Positions 45,004 through 55,185 are shown, counted from the first letter of the stretch. The stretch: DNA of 64,000 nt from an uncultured Clostridia bacterium (GCA_944349655.1 CALVNL010000004.1:8819-72818); one strand, 5' to 3'. A program made the numbers and translations. Notes: a model not told the origin generated them from the letters alone.

Positions 45004-46388
45004 TGACCGACGTTATGAAAAAACACTCGATGCCCACGAGGGATCCTGCGGAAAGAGCGAGAGATTTTTTACCCGTAGAAACGGGTTACGACGAAGAAAC
45101 GGCGGTTGCCGAAGCCAAGAGGTGTCTTAACTGCCGTCATAAGCCCTGCGTCGGCGGTTGTCCCGTTCAGATAGACATACCGGCGTTTGTAAAAAAGATA
45201 GTCGAGAGGGATTTCGAAGGAGCGTACGAAATAATCGCGCGCACGAGTTCGCTTCCGGCAGTCTGCGGCAGAGTTTGTCCGCAGGAGACGCAATGCGAAG
45301 CTAAATGCGTAAGAGGCATAAAAGGCGAACCCGTCGCGATAGGAAGGTTGGAAAGGTATGTTGCCGACAGACACCTTGCCCTTAACGAAAAGCCGACTAA
45401 ATCCGACTCCAACGGTCATAAGGTGGCCGTGATAGGATCGGGGCCTGCTTCTCTTACCTGTGCCGGGGCGCTTGCAAAAAAAGGTTACGAAGTTACCGTG
45501 TTCGAAGCTTTACATACGCCCGGAGGAGTAATGGTTTACGGAATACCCGAATTCAGGCTCCCGAAAGCCATAGTAAGGCAGGAGATAGATAACCTTTCGA
45601 GTTTAGGAGTGGAGATAAAAACCAATACCGTAATAGGTAAAACGCTTACCGTGGACGAAATACTTGCCGACTTCGAAGCGGTATTTATCGGAAGCGGAGC
45701 GGGCTTGCCGAAATTTATGAATATACCGGGAGAAAATCTCAACGGAGTATTTTCGGCTAACGAATTTCTGACGAGAATAAACCTTATGAAAGCCTACTTA
45801 GACGAGTACGACACGCCCGTAAGGAGAGGTAAAAAGGTAGCCGTCGTCGGCGGAGGCAACGTGGCTATGGACGCCGCCCGCTGCGCGCTCAGACTGGGAG
45901 CGGAGGAAGTTTATATAGTTTACCGCAGGTCGGAAGAGGAACTTCCCGCCCGAAAGGAAGAGGTGGAACACGCCAAGGAAGAAGGGATAATTTTCCGCCT
46001 TCTCACTAATCCGGTGGAAATACTCGGCGACGAAAACTATTTCGTCAAGGGAATACGTTGCAACAAAATGACTCTCGGCGAACCCGACGCAAGCGGTCGT
46101 CGTCGTCCGGTAACTATTCCCGACAGCGATTTCGTTATAGACGTGGACACGGTTATTATGAGCATAGGGACTTCTCCCAATCCGCTTATAAAGAATTCCA
46201 CCCCGGGGCTGGAAGTCCAGAAATGGGGAGGTATCATCGTGGACGAAGCGGGACTTACCAGCAAGGACGGAGTTTACGCAGGAGGCGACGCGGTGAGCGG
46301 AGCGGCGACGGTAATACTCGCTATGGGAGCGGGAAAGAGAGCAGCCGAAGCCATAGACGAACGCATAAGGAACGGAAATGGCAAATAA
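45003..46388 (+). CDS. nfnB: NfnB / GltD-like NADPH-dependent oxidoreductase subunit
   Basis: N-terminal CLNC...C..GCP and CGRVCP Fe-S motifs. VIGSGPASL and VVGGGNVAMD dinucleotide folds. Confidence 0.85.
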   Translation: MTDVMKKHSMPTRDPAERARDFLPVETGYDEETAVAEAKRCLNCRHKPCVGGCPVQIDIPAFVKKIVERDFEGAYEIIARTSSLPAVCGRVCPQETQCEAKCVRGIKGEPVAIGRLERYVADRHLALNEKPTKSDSNGHKVAVIGSGPASLTCAGALAKKGYEVTVFEALHTPGGVMVYGIPEFRLPKAIVRQEIDNLSSLGVEIKTNTVIGKTLTVDEILADFEAVFIGSGAGLPKFMNIPGENLNGVFSANEFLTRINLMKAYLDEYDTPVRRGKKVAVVGGGNVAMDAARCALRLGAEEVYIVYRRSEEELPARKEEVEHAKEEGIIFRLLTNPVEILGDENYFVKGIRCNKMTLGEPDASGRRRPVTIPDSDFVIDVDTVIMSIGTSPNPLIKNSTPGLEVQKWGGIIVDEAGLTSKDGVYAGGDAVSGAATVILAMGAGKRAAEAIDERIRNGNGK

Positions 46389-47667
46389 ACCGAAAGCCAA
46401 GTGGTACCGTCTGGACAATTCGGGAATGATTTATCCTATGGTAATAACTCTGCGCACGCAGAGTCTTTACCGTATAGGAGCCGAATTGAAAGAGAAAGTC
46501 AATAAGACTTATCTCCGTATTGCGGTAAATTCGGCTTTGGAGCGATTTCCTTACTTCAAAGTGGAGTTAAAACACGGACTTTTCCGTCATTATCTGGACG
46601 AAAACAACCGTGCGCCTCTCGTAGAAGAAGACGACGGTATTTTGTTAAAAATTCTCAATTTTCGTCACAACAGATATTATCTTTTCCGCACGACTTTTTA
46701 CGGAAATAAAATTTTTATAGATTTTTTCCACGGTTTATGCGACGGTACGGGGGCGTTGGAGTTTTTCAAAAGCGTCCTGTATTATTATTTCAAAGCCGCA
46801 AACAATTCTTTTTCCAGGGATAACGTAATGACGGTGTCGAAGCCGATACTTGAAGAAGAAACCGAGGACGCTTTCAAAAAATATTACAAAAAAATCGAAC
46901 TCGGAAAAGGTATAAACAAAATGGCGGGAGGAAGCGCTTTCCGCCCCAAGGGGAAACAGTTTTTTTATGAAGGTTTCGGACTTATACAAGCCGAAGTTTC
47001 CACAGAAAAACTGTTGGAAGCGGCGAGGAGACACGGCTGTTCGGTTACCGTTTTTATTGCCGCACTGGCTATGTTTTCGGTAAGCCTTTGTTACGACCCG
47101 AAAGACGTTAAAGAAGATTTCGTGGCGTTTATTCCCGTCAATTTACGTAAAAAATTCCCCTCGGGAACGATGTTTAATTTTACTAATTTTGCAAAATGTC
47201 CTATTCCGAGAGATACCGAACGCACTTTCGACAATTTTATATCGGTAATGAAAGAGCAACTCGCTTCTCAGCTTACCGAAGAGGAGTTACAGATCAAGCT
47301 GAGTTTTTCTTCTCTTATGGATAAACTTCCTTTGTTACGCTATATGCCGCTTTTGATAAAAGGATTTATTTCCAGAATCAGCCGTGAACTGTCCCCGAAA
47401 TCCAAACAGACGATGATAATTTCCAACCTCGGCGAAGTAAAACTCGAGGACGGGGAAAGGGTAAGGAATTTTCTGTTCAACTTAAACTGCAACGAACGTA
47501 CTCCCGTAAATTTGGGCGTGATAAGTTATAACGGAGTAACCTTGTTGTCCTTTACGAGGAAACTTATAAGTACGGAGATAGAGAAAACGTTTTGCCGTAT
47601 GCTCAGCGAGGAATGCGGAGAGGTGAAAGTCGTTTCAAACTTCAGGGAGGAAAGCGATGTACTGTAA
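46378..47667 (+). CDS. Condensation-domain/alcohol-acetyltransferase-like acyltransferase
   Basis: HxxxDG motif in FFHGLCDGTGALEF. 429 aa. Confidence 0.55.
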   Translation: MANKPKAKWYRLDNSGMIYPMVITLRTQSLYRIGAELKEKVNKTYLRIAVNSALERFPYFKVELKHGLFRHYLDENNRAPLVEEDDGILLKILNFRHNRYYLFRTTFYGNKIFIDFFHGLCDGTGALEFFKSVLYYYFKAANNSFSRDNVMTVSKPILEEETEDAFKKYYKKIELGKGINKMAGGSAFRPKGKQFFYEGFGLIQAEVSTEKLLEAARRHGCSVTVFIAALAMFSVSLCYDPKDVKEDFVAFIPVNLRKKFPSGTMFNFTNFAKCPIPRDTERTFDNFISVMKEQLASQLTEEELQIKLSFSSLMDKLPLLRYMPLLIKGFISRISRELSPKSKQTMIISNLGEVKLEDGERVRNFLFNLNCNERTPVNLGVISYNGVTLLSFTRKLISTEIEKTFCRMLSEECGEVKVVSNFREESDVL

Positions 47668-48319
47668 AGAGTGTAAAGTTACGGTCAACTGTAAAACCGA
47701 CGTTTGTCCTCTTTGCCACGGAAAGCTCGAAGGCAATCCCGAGACCGAAGCGATGGCGTTTCCGAAAGCGAAAATCAAGCGTTTTCAGCCCGACTGGTTC
47801 GGAAAAATCTACTTTCTCATAGCCGCGGTAATCACCATAGTCTGTCTTGCCGTAAATTTAGCCCGAAACGAAAAGTTTCTTTGGAGCATAATAGTCCTCG
47901 TGAGTCTGGTTTACGGCTGGTACTGTATCCGTTTTACCATTATAGCGCAGGGGCATTTTACGGCAAGAATTTTCGGGCAGACGATAGCGCTTACCTTACT
48001 TTTCATTGCGGTAAGACTTACGGCAGGCGGTAACCATTTTATTTTCATAACCTGGCTGCCCGTGGTATATTTTTGCAGCGAAGTCTTGCTTTGCGCCTAT
48101 ATTGCCATAAACCGCCGTCAGGCGAGGTTGGTGATGATGAGCCTTGCGGTAGTGGCGATACTCGGCATAATTCCCGTTTGCGCGGCTTTTATCCTCGACT
48201 TAAGCGTCAAATGGCCGAGTATAGCCGTTTCGGCTTTTTCGGGGGCGATTTTTTTAATAACTCTGATTATCGGCAGAAAACACATTCTCGGAGAGCTGAA
48301 AAGATATTTTCATCTTTGA
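47657..48319 (+). CDS. Zinc-ribbon + multi-pass membrane protein (DUF6320-like)
   Basis: N-terminal CKEC...CPLC zinc ribbon followed by about 5 hydrophobic helices. Overlaps the upstream gene by 11 nt. Confidence 0.55.
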   Translation: MYCKECKVTVNCKTDVCPLCHGKLEGNPETEAMAFPKAKIKRFQPDWFGKIYFLIAAVITIVCLAVNLARNEKFLWSIIVLVSLVYGWYCIRFTIIAQGHFTARIFGQTIALTLLFIAVRLTAGGNHFIFITWLPVVYFCSEVLLCAYIAINRRQARLVMMSLAVVAILGIIPVCAAFILDLSVKWPSIAVSAFSGAIFLITLIIGRKHILGELKRYFHL

Positions 48320-48340
48320 TGACTCCGTTGAAAATATAAT

Positions 48341-48370
48341 AAAAAAAGGCGGTTTCGATACCGCTTTTTT
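48341..48370. terminator. Short bidirectional hairpin between convergent genes
   Basis: A7-GGCGGT-ttcgat-ACCGC-T6. Confidence 0.55.
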
Positions 48371-48377
48371 CAATATT

Positions 48378-49100
48378 TCAGATTTGATTTTTTTTCTTTT
48401 TGAAGAGCTTAAAAACGCCTTTCGTACGCCATACTTCTATGTCTTTCCGTAATTCTTTTACGTCGAAAGGTTTGCCGTGGGAAGGGTAAACGGTGGCTAC
48501 GTCGGGAAGAGCGAGGATTTTTTCCCAGTTTTCCAGGAGAACGTATTTGTTTTCCAGCCACAGCGGAAAATGTGCCGAAGCAGGAAAAGCGTTCATACAG
48601 ATATCGCCGCAGAAAAGCATACTGCCCACCTTTACGGCAAGGTCTGCGTCGGTGTGTCCCGCAAGAGGAATCAACTCTATCCCGTATTCGGTAAGAGGAT
48701 TTTGTTGATAGGAAATGAAAGAGTCGGTCTTGATTGCGGGAAAACACTGAGTTTTGTCCACGAACATTATACTGCCCCAGCTTCCGATAAGGGAAGGGAA
48801 ATTACTAACGAATACGTCTATATTGTTTTTCCCTGCCTCTAAACGGGCTTTTTGCGCGGGATTGTAAATAACCTTGGGAGAAACGTCAGCCAACATTTCC
48901 TTCAGGAAACCGACGTGATCGGAATGAGCGTGGGTTATTATAACGTATTTTATTTCTTCTTTCCGAACGCCGAGTTTTTGGAGTTTTTCGCAAAATTTCG
49001 GATATTCCCACTTGTATCCGGTATCGATAAGGCAGTATCCGTCGCTTAAAACCAACAGATATCTGTTAAAATAGCGGCTGCCTGCGTTCAGAACTTTCAT
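48378..49100 (-). CDS. MBL-fold metallo-hydrolase
   Basis: THAHSDHVG zinc-binding motif. Confidence 0.85.
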   Translation of the reverse strand: MKVLNAGSRYFNRYLLVLSDGYCLIDTGYKWEYPKFCEKLQKLGVRKEEIKYVIITHAHSDHVGFLKEMLADVSPKVIYNPAQKARLEAGKNNIDVFVSNFPSLIGSWGSIMFVDKTQCFPAIKTDSFISYQQNPLTEYGIELIPLAGHTDADLAVKVGSMLFCGDICMNAFPASAHFPLWLENKYVLLENWEKILALPDVATVYPSHGKPFDVKELRKDIEVWRTKGVFKLFKKKKNQI

Positions 49101-49102
49101 TT

Positions 49103-49348
49103 TTAAGAATTTTTAGCTTCTTCGAGAGCTTTCGCCAACTGGTCGGGACAACTCGTCGCGCGGTAACCGCAACGGATACCTTTGAGTTTTTCTATAACGT
49201 CGTCCACTTTCATACCTTTTACGAGGGAAGCGATGCCTTGAGTATTTCCGCTGCATCCTCCGCCGAATTTTACGTCGGTAAGCACTCCTTCGTTAATTTC
49301 GAAATCGATATAGGACGAACAGGTTCCTCTGGTTTTGTATCTCATCAT
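49103..49348 (-). CDS. TSCPD-domain small protein (TIGR03905-like)
   Basis: GTCSSYIDFEI...GGGCSGNTQGI...GIRCG...TSCPDQLA. GGAGG lies before the tandem ATGs. The ORF-track start at 49420 is an extension. Confidence 0.75.
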   Translation of the reverse strand: MMRYKTRGTCSSYIDFEINEGVLTDVKFGGGCSGNTQGIASLVKGMKVDDVIEKLKGIRCGYRATSCPDQLAKALEEAKNS

Positions 49349-49470
49349 ACCTCCGTAGTCTTTCGCTAAATTATATATTAAAATTAAAAAAATAGTACTA
49401 TAATACCGCAAAAAAGTCAAGTATAAAGGACGCCCCTGCTTGTAAAGGAAAGTAAAGAAAGAGTTTTTCT

Positions 49471-50238
49471 TTAGTCTTCTTTATTCAAAAGTATCGGATT
49501 TACGTAGCGGCGTCGTTTTTCGGTGACCTTTCCGTACTGGATAGCCTTTACGGGACAACGGTTGATGCAACCGAGACAAAGAGCGCACTTGTCTTTGGTC
49601 CACCGAGGTTTTCCCGAAGCAAGAGAAATGGCGTTTTCGGGACAGATTTTCTGGCAAAGACCGCAATTTAAGCAGGCGTCGGTAGCATAGAAAGGCGAAG
49701 TTTTACGCCCTCTGAGATAAAACGGATAGGAAAAAAACGAATATATCCGTCCCGCTATAGAAGAAAGAAGCGAGGTATGCTGCCTTGAAATAATTTTCTC
49801 GACGATTTTTTCTGTTTCCGAATGAGCCGATGCGATAATTTTTTTACAGGTCCCCTCGTTCTCGGGATTGAAAAGCGGAAGAAAATTGTCGGGATATTTG
49901 AGACCGAAAACCGCGTGCAAAGGGATATTGACGTCATCGAGGAGCTTTTTCAGACGGTAGTCGGCTCCGCCTATGCTTCCGCCGTAAGTGAAAACGGCAT
50001 AAACGTAAGGAAGGTCGGTGCCGCAGGAAAATTTACGGAGGAATTCGCTCAAGGGCAGAGGAATACCTCCGTAGTAAACGGGAATAATCAGTCCCACGCT
50101 TTCCCCGTGAGATTTTTCAAAGGAATATTCTCCCTTTTTGTTCAGGGCGGCGACGTCGTAAAGTTTTTCGTCGAGGGAGGAGGCAAGACGTTTTGCTACG
50201 TCCAGGCAGTTGCCCGTTGCGGAAAAATAAAATATCAT
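49471..50238 (-). CDS. EFR1-family ferrodoxin (flavodoxin-like domain + 2x[4Fe-4S])
   Basis: MIFYFSATGNC N-terminus. C-terminal CLNCGLCQKICP and CALCLGCINRCP. Confidence 0.8.
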   Translation of the reverse strand: MIFYFSATGNCLDVAKRLASSLDEKLYDVAALNKKGEYSFEKSHGESVGLIIPVYYGGIPLPLSEFLRKFSCGTDLPYVYAVFTYGGSIGGADYRLKKLLDDVNIPLHAVFGLKYPDNFLPLFNPENEGTCKKIIASAHSETEKIVEKIISRQHTSLLSSIAGRIYSFFSYPFYLRGRKTSPFYATDACLNCGLCQKICPENAISLASGKPRWTKDKCALCLGCINRCPVKAIQYGKVTEKRRRYVNPILLNKED

Positions 50239-50247
50239 AAATACTCC

Positions 50248-50859
50248 TTATTTTACTGCGAGAAGACAAATCCAGTCTTTTTCGGTATATGCGGAAATTT
50301 CAGAAAAACCGGCTTTTTTGAGAAGGGAAGAAAGTTTTTCGGGAGAATATATCGTTATATCGATTATCTTTTTAAGTTCGGCGTATTTGTCGGGTTCGTT
50401 CTCGGAAAGTTCGTTGACGATTAAAAAAACGCCTCCGTCGTATAGCGCTCTGTGTATTTCCTTAAAACTTAAGGAAATATCTTCCCAGAAATAAACCGTT
50501 TCGAAAGCGGTAACTAAAGACAGGGAGCCGTCGGCAAAAGGCAGGGAAGACGATAACCCTTGCAGGAATTCGACTTTCCCTGCTTTTATTTCCTTACGGC
50601 AGAGTTTTGCGCTTTCTTTCAAGGCAAGGTTGCTCGGGTCTATTCCGTAAACTTTACCTTCGCAAAGCAAAGTCAACCGTTTTACGTTGGCTCCGCCGCC
50701 GCTTCCCGCGTCGCAGGCGTCGGTAAAGGTTTTTTGGGGCAGGAAAGACAATCCCCATTCCGACAAAGCCGAATGGCCTTTATTCATTGCGTTGAGCATA
50801 AGTTTGCCCCAGAATCCCTTAGGGTGCGGGGCGTTTTTTATCATTTTTTTAGGTTTCAT
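50248..50859 (-). CDS. Class I SAM-dependent methyltransferase
   Basis: Motif I DAGSGGGAN and a Methyltransf_11-like layout. Confidence 0.85.
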   Translation of the reverse strand: MKPKKMIKNAPHPKGFWGKLMLNAMNKGHSALSEWGLSFLPQKTFTDACDAGSGGGANVKRLTLLCEGKVYGIDPSNLALKESAKLCRKEIKAGKVEFLQGLSSSLPFADGSLSLVTAFETVYFWEDISLSFKEIHRALYDGGVFLIVNELSENEPDKYAELKKIIDITIYSPEKLSSLLKKAGFSEISAYTEKDWICLLAVK

Positions 50860-51142
50860 AATCCGATTATATCACTTTTTACAACTCAATACCCGTTTTT
50901 CGAGGGAAAAATTTTGTTATTTTACCGAAAGAAGGTAAATCGTTTACCGAAAGATAACTTTACAAAGAATAAATCCGTCCCGAAGGACGGATTATTCAAA
51001 AAGGAACAAACAACACAACACTTTTTTACCGGTTGACTTAAGTTTAAGATAATTTGCTTTAATTATTCTTAATAAATTATAATTTTATTCCTTTAATTTA
51101 TGATATAATTATGGCGATTCGAAAAACGACGGAGGAAGCGTA

Positions 51143-51577
51143 ATGAGCGTCAAAAAAGCCGAAGAATTGTTTTATAAAGGTTATAGCTGCGCCCAGTCGG
51201 TGGTCGGGGCCTTTGCCTCGGAAGTCGGACTTACCGAAGAAGAGGCGTTGGCTGTGAGCGCTTGTTTCGGCGCGGGAATATGCGCGACGAGAGGTATATG
51301 CGGAGCGTTGAGCGGAACGTTAATGATAACGGGTTTAATTGAAAAATGGACTACCCCCGAGCAAAAACCCGTAGCTTACGAAAAAGGGAAGGAAATCATG
51401 GACGAGTTCGTAAAAGAATTTGCTCATATAAACTGCGCCGAACTGTTGGAAGAATGCGGAGCGACGTATTCAGCCGTGCCGAGCGAAAGAACCGAAGAGT
51501 ATTACGCTTCCCGTCCTTGTCTCGGTATAATAAAATTCTGCGTCGCTCTTTTGGAAAACCGCTTGAAAAACAATTAA
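51143..51577 (+). CDS. C_GCAxxG_C_C family redox-active protein
   Basis: YSCAQSV and CGALSG motifs. Confidence 0.85.
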   Translation: MSVKKAEELFYKGYSCAQSVVGAFASEVGLTEEEALAVSACFGAGICATRGICGALSGTLMITGLIEKWTTPEQKPVAYEKGKEIMDEFVKEFAHINCAELLEECGATYSAVPSERTEEYYASRPCLGIIKFCVALLENRLKNN

Positions 51578-51620
51578 AATACTAATAATAGGTCATATTC
51601 GTTATAAATAAACAGGCAAT

Positions 51621-51652
51621 AAAAAGGACCCGAGTTTCGGGTCCTTTCTTTT
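51621..51652. terminator. Bidirectional terminator between the C_GCAxxG gene and nifJ
   Basis: AAAAAGGACCCG-agttt-CGGGTCCTTTCTTTT. Confidence 0.8.
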
Positions 51653-51669
51653 GTCGGTAAATGCCGCGA

Positions 51670-54600
51670 TTAGTCTTTCTTGGCCATAGCCTTGTATCTT
51701 TCTCTGCGTTCTGCGGCTTCTTTTTCGTTGATATCGAAGAGTTTTTCCGCCTGTTCGGGGAAGAGTTTCTTCAAAGAAGCGTATCTGGTTTCGCCTGCGA
51801 GGAAAGCCTTGTAATCGCTGACGGGATCCTTGCTGTCGAGGATGAAGGGGTTCTCTCCTTTGTCGGCAAGGGTGGGATTGTAACGGTACATCGACCAGTA
51901 TCCGCTGTCGACCGCCTTCTTCATTTCGGCGATGGAGTTGGACATATTGATACCGTGGTTGATACAGGGAGCGTAAGCGATGATGATGGAAGGTCCGTGG
52001 TAAGCTTCGGCTTCCTTGAACGCTTTGACGGCCTGTTCGGGGTTGGAACCGAGGTTGATCTGAGCTACGTAAACGTAACCGTAACTCATAGCCATCATAC
52101 CGAGGTCTTTCTTCTTGGTCTTCTTTCCGCTTGCGGCAAATTTGGCGATAGAGCCGGTAGGAGTGGATTTGCTGGCCTGTCCGCCGGTGTTGGAGTAAAC
52201 TTCGGTGTCGAGGACGAGGATGTTGACGTCTTCGCCCATAGCAAGAACGTGGTCCACGCCGCCGTAACCGATGTCGTAAGCCCATCCGTCACCGCCGAAA
52301 ATCCATACCGATTTCTTGACCAGGCAGTCTTTTTCTTCGAGAATAGCTTTGCAAAGGTCGTCGGCTTCGCATCCGCATCCGTTGCATTTTTCCACTACGG
52401 CAATCAGTTTTGCCGCGCTTTCCTTGCTGCCTTCGGCGTCTTCCATATTGTCTATCCAGCTCTGGCAAGCTTCGGCGCCTTCGGCAAAGTCGGCGAATTT
52501 TTCCTTCAGAGCGAGGACGTTTTCTTTGAGTTTTGCTCTTCTCTGAACGTAAGCGAGGTTCATTCCGTAACCGAATTCGGCGTTGTCTTCGAACAGGGAG
52601 TTAGCCCAAGCGGGTCCGTGTCCTGCGTCGTTTACCGTGTAAGGACAGGTGGGTGCGCTTCCGCCGTAAATGGAGGAGCAGCCGGTCGCATTGGCGATAA
52701 TCATTCTGTCGCCGAAAAGTTGAGTTACGAGTTTGACGTAAGGAGTTTCTCCGCAGCCTGCGCAAGCTCCGCTGAATTCGAACAGAGGTTTGGCAAACAT
52801 GGTTTCCTTAGCGCTGTTGAAGCTGTAAACTTTGTCGTTTTCGGGGAGAGCTTCGAAGTAATCCCAGTTGGCGGCTTCCTTTTCGATAGCTTCGGCAACG
52901 GGAACCATGGTGAGAGCTTTCTCCTTGGCGGGGCAGACGTTGGCGCAACTTCCGCATCCGGTGCAGTCGTACGGGCTGACCTGTACTCTGAAACGGTATT
53001 CCTTGAGTTTGGCGGGAGCTTTGATTTCCGCAGTTACGAAGGTTGCGGGAGCGTCGGCAATCTGAGCGGGTTTCTTCAATACCGGACGGATAGCGGCGTG
53101 CGGGCAGACCAAAGAGCAACGGTTGCACTGTATGCACTTGGTGATGTCCCAGGAAGGAACTTTAACCGCGGTTCCGCGTTTTTCGTACTTGGTGGTTCCT
53201 ACGGGTACCGAGCCGTCTGCGTTGAACGCGCTTACGGGCAGGGTGTCGCCTTTCTGGCAAAGGATGGGATTGACTACGTTCTTGAAGTAGTCGTCGCCCT
53301 TAACGGTGACCATGGGAGCGCCTTCGGTAGTGGTAGCCCAGCTTTCGGGGTATTTCACTTCGATGAGGTTTGCGATGGCTCCGTCCACTGCGGCGTAGTT
53401 CATATTGACGACGGCGTCGCCTTTCTTGCCGTAGGTCTTCTTGATAGCCTGTTTCATATATTCTTCGGCCTGAGCGTAGGGGATAACTTCGGTCAGTTTG
53501 AAGAAAGCCGCCTGCATAACGGTATTGACGCCCTTGGTGGCTCCGATGCTGGCGATAACTTTGTTACCGTCGAGGGTGTAGAACTTGATGTGCTTTTTGG
53601 CGATGGCGTTCTTGACGGGAGCGGGGAGTTCCTTATCCATTTCTTCCGCGGTCCAGATGCTGTTAAGGAGGAAGGTTCCGCCTTCTTTAAGATCGCTGAG
53701 CATATCGTAACGGTAAATATAGCTCGGGCAGTGGCAAGCCACGAAGTCGGCGTGGTCGATAAGATAACTGCTCTTTATGGGTTTGTCGCCGAAACGCAGG
53801 TGGCTTATGGTGATACCGCCGGACTTCTTGGAGTCGTAATGGAAGTATCCCTGAGCGTATTTGTCGGTGTGGTCACCGATGATTTTAATGGAGTTCTTGT
53901 TGGCGCCGACGGTACCGTCGCTGCCGAGACCGTAGAACTTGCAGCAGATGCTTCCTTCGGGAGCGGCGTTGACGAATTCGCCTGCGGGGAGGGAGGTGTT
54001 GCTGACGTCGTCCACGATACCCACGGTGAAGTGATCCTTATTGGCTCCGCCCATATTGGCGTAAACGGAAGCTATCATAGTGGGGTTGAATTCCTTGCTG
54101 CCCATACCGTAACGTCCGCCGAGGATAACGTAATCCTTTCCGCGGAGAGCGGCGCATACGTCGAGGTAGAGAGGTTCGCCGAGAGAGCCGGGTTCCTTGG
54201 TACGGTCGAGGACGGTGATGTACTTAACCGTGGAAGGTATGGCGGCGGCGAGTTTGGCTACGTCGAAAGGACGATAAAGTCTGACCTTGATAAGACCGGT
54301 CTTTTCTCCTCTTGCGTTGAGGTAATCGACGGTTTCTTCGCAGGCTTCGCATCCCGAACCCATCATTATGATAATCTTGTCGGCGTCGGGCGCTCCGTAG
54401 TAATCGAAGAGGTTGTATTTTCTGCCGGTGATGCTTTCCACCTGTTTCATGCAGTCTTCCACGATTGCGGGAACTTTTTCATAGTAAACGTTGCAGGCTT
54501 CTCTGTTCTGGAAATAAATATCTCCGTTCTGAGCGGTACCTTTCTGAATGGGATGTTCGGGGTTGAGGGCTCTGTTCTTGAAATCTCTTACGTCCTTCAT

Positions 54601-55185
54601 ATCCACGAGTTTAGCCATATCTTCGTAATCGATGGCGTCTATCTTGCTGACTTCGTGGCTGGTACGGAAACCGTCGAAGAAGTGCAGGAAAGGAACTTTG
54701 GCTTTCAGAGTGGCGAGGTGAGAAACCAGCGCAAGGTCCATAACTTCCTGAACGGAGTTGGAGCAGACCATCGCGAAACCGGTCTGACGGCAAGCCATAA
54801 CGTCGGCGTGGTCGCCGAAAATGTTGAGGGCGTGAGCTGCGAGGGCTCTTGCCGAAACGTGGAATACGCAGGGCATCAGTTCGCCGGCGATTTTATACAT
54901 ATTCGGAATCATAAGGAGCAAGCCCTGAGAAGCCGTAAAGGTGGTGGTCAAAGCGCCCGCGCACAGAGAACCGTGAACGGCGCCGGCGGCACCGGCTTCG
55001 GACTGCATTTCCGCAATACGCAATTCCTGTCCGAACATATTTTTCCTGCCTTGAGCGGCCCACTCGTCGGAGTTTTCCGCCATGGGGGAGGAAGGGGTAA
55101 TGGGATATATTGCCGCTACTTCGCTGAACGCATAAGCAACGTGTGCGGCGGCTGTATTCCCGTCAATGGTCATTTTCTTACTCAT
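51670..55185 (-). CDS. nifJ: Pyruvate:ferredoxin (flavodoxin) oxidoreductase, single-polypeptide type
   Basis: 1171 aa. N-terminus MTIDGNTAAAHVAYAFSEVAAIYPITPSS. Ferredoxin-like CIQCNRCSLVCP and CTGCGSCANVCP. TPP domain GGDGWAYDIG. Confidence 0.95.
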   Translation of the reverse strand: MSKKMTIDGNTAAAHVAYAFSEVAAIYPITPSSPMAENSDEWAAQGRKNMFGQELRIAEMQSEAGAAGAVHGSLCAGALTTTFTASQGLLLMIPNMYKIAGELMPCVFHVSARALAAHALNIFGDHADVMACRQTGFAMVCSNSVQEVMDLALVSHLATLKAKVPFLHFFDGFRTSHEVSKIDAIDYEDMAKLVDMKDVRDFKNRALNPEHPIQKGTAQNGDIYFQNREACNVYYEKVPAIVEDCMKQVESITGRKYNLFDYYGAPDADKIIIMMGSGCEACEETVDYLNARGEKTGLIKVRLYRPFDVAKLAAAIPSTVKYITVLDRTKEPGSLGEPLYLDVCAALRGKDYVILGGRYGMGSKEFNPTMIASVYANMGGANKDHFTVGIVDDVSNTSLPAGEFVNAAPEGSICCKFYGLGSDGTVGANKNSIKIIGDHTDKYAQGYFHYDSKKSGGITISHLRFGDKPIKSSYLIDHADFVACHCPSYIYRYDMLSDLKEGGTFLLNSIWTAEEMDKELPAPVKNAIAKKHIKFYTLDGNKVIASIGATKGVNTVMQAAFFKLTEVIPYAQAEEYMKQAIKKTYGKKGDAVVNMNYAAVDGAIANLIEVKYPESWATTTEGAPMVTVKGDDYFKNVVNPILCQKGDTLPVSAFNADGSVPVGTTKYEKRGTAVKVPSWDITKCIQCNRCSLVCPHAAIRPVLKKPAQIADAPATFVTAEIKAPAKLKEYRFRVQVSPYDCTGCGSCANVCPAKEKALTMVPVAEAIEKEAANWDYFEALPENDKVYSFNSAKETMFAKPLFEFSGACAGCGETPYVKLVTQLFGDRMIIANATGCSSIYGGSAPTCPYTVNDAGHGPAWANSLFEDNAEFGYGMNLAYVQRRAKLKENVLALKEKFADFAEGAEACQSWIDNMEDAEGSKESAAKLIAVVEKCNGCGCEADDLCKAILEEKDCLVKKSVWIFGGDGWAYDIGYGGVDHVLAMGEDVNILVLDTEVYSNTGGQASKSTPTGSIAKFAASGKKTKKKDLGMMAMSYGYVYVAQINLGSNPEQAVKAFKEAEAYHGPSIIIAYAPCINHGINMSNSIAEMKKAVDSGYWSMYRYNPTLADKGENPFILDSKDPVSDYKAFLAGETRYASLKKLFPEQAEKLFDINEKEAAERRERYKAMAKKD

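Noticed and set aside
50905-50995. Structured RNA or repeat element in the methyltransferase / C_GCAxxG intergenic region: direct repeat TTACCGAAAGA x2 and the hairpin AATCCGTCC-cgaa-GGACGGATT
   Set aside because: The elements are real in the sequence, but they are short, match no motif I recognise and have no clear orientation relative to either flanking gene. They are probably orphan terminator-like hairpins, and the evidence is too weak to report as a feature.
51602-52285. 227-aa Arg-rich ORF on the - strand overlapping the nifJ 3' end out of frame
   Set aside because: It is an alternative frame of nifJ. Its composition is extremely Arg/Pro/Gln-rich and non-protein-like, and it runs through the terminator hairpin.
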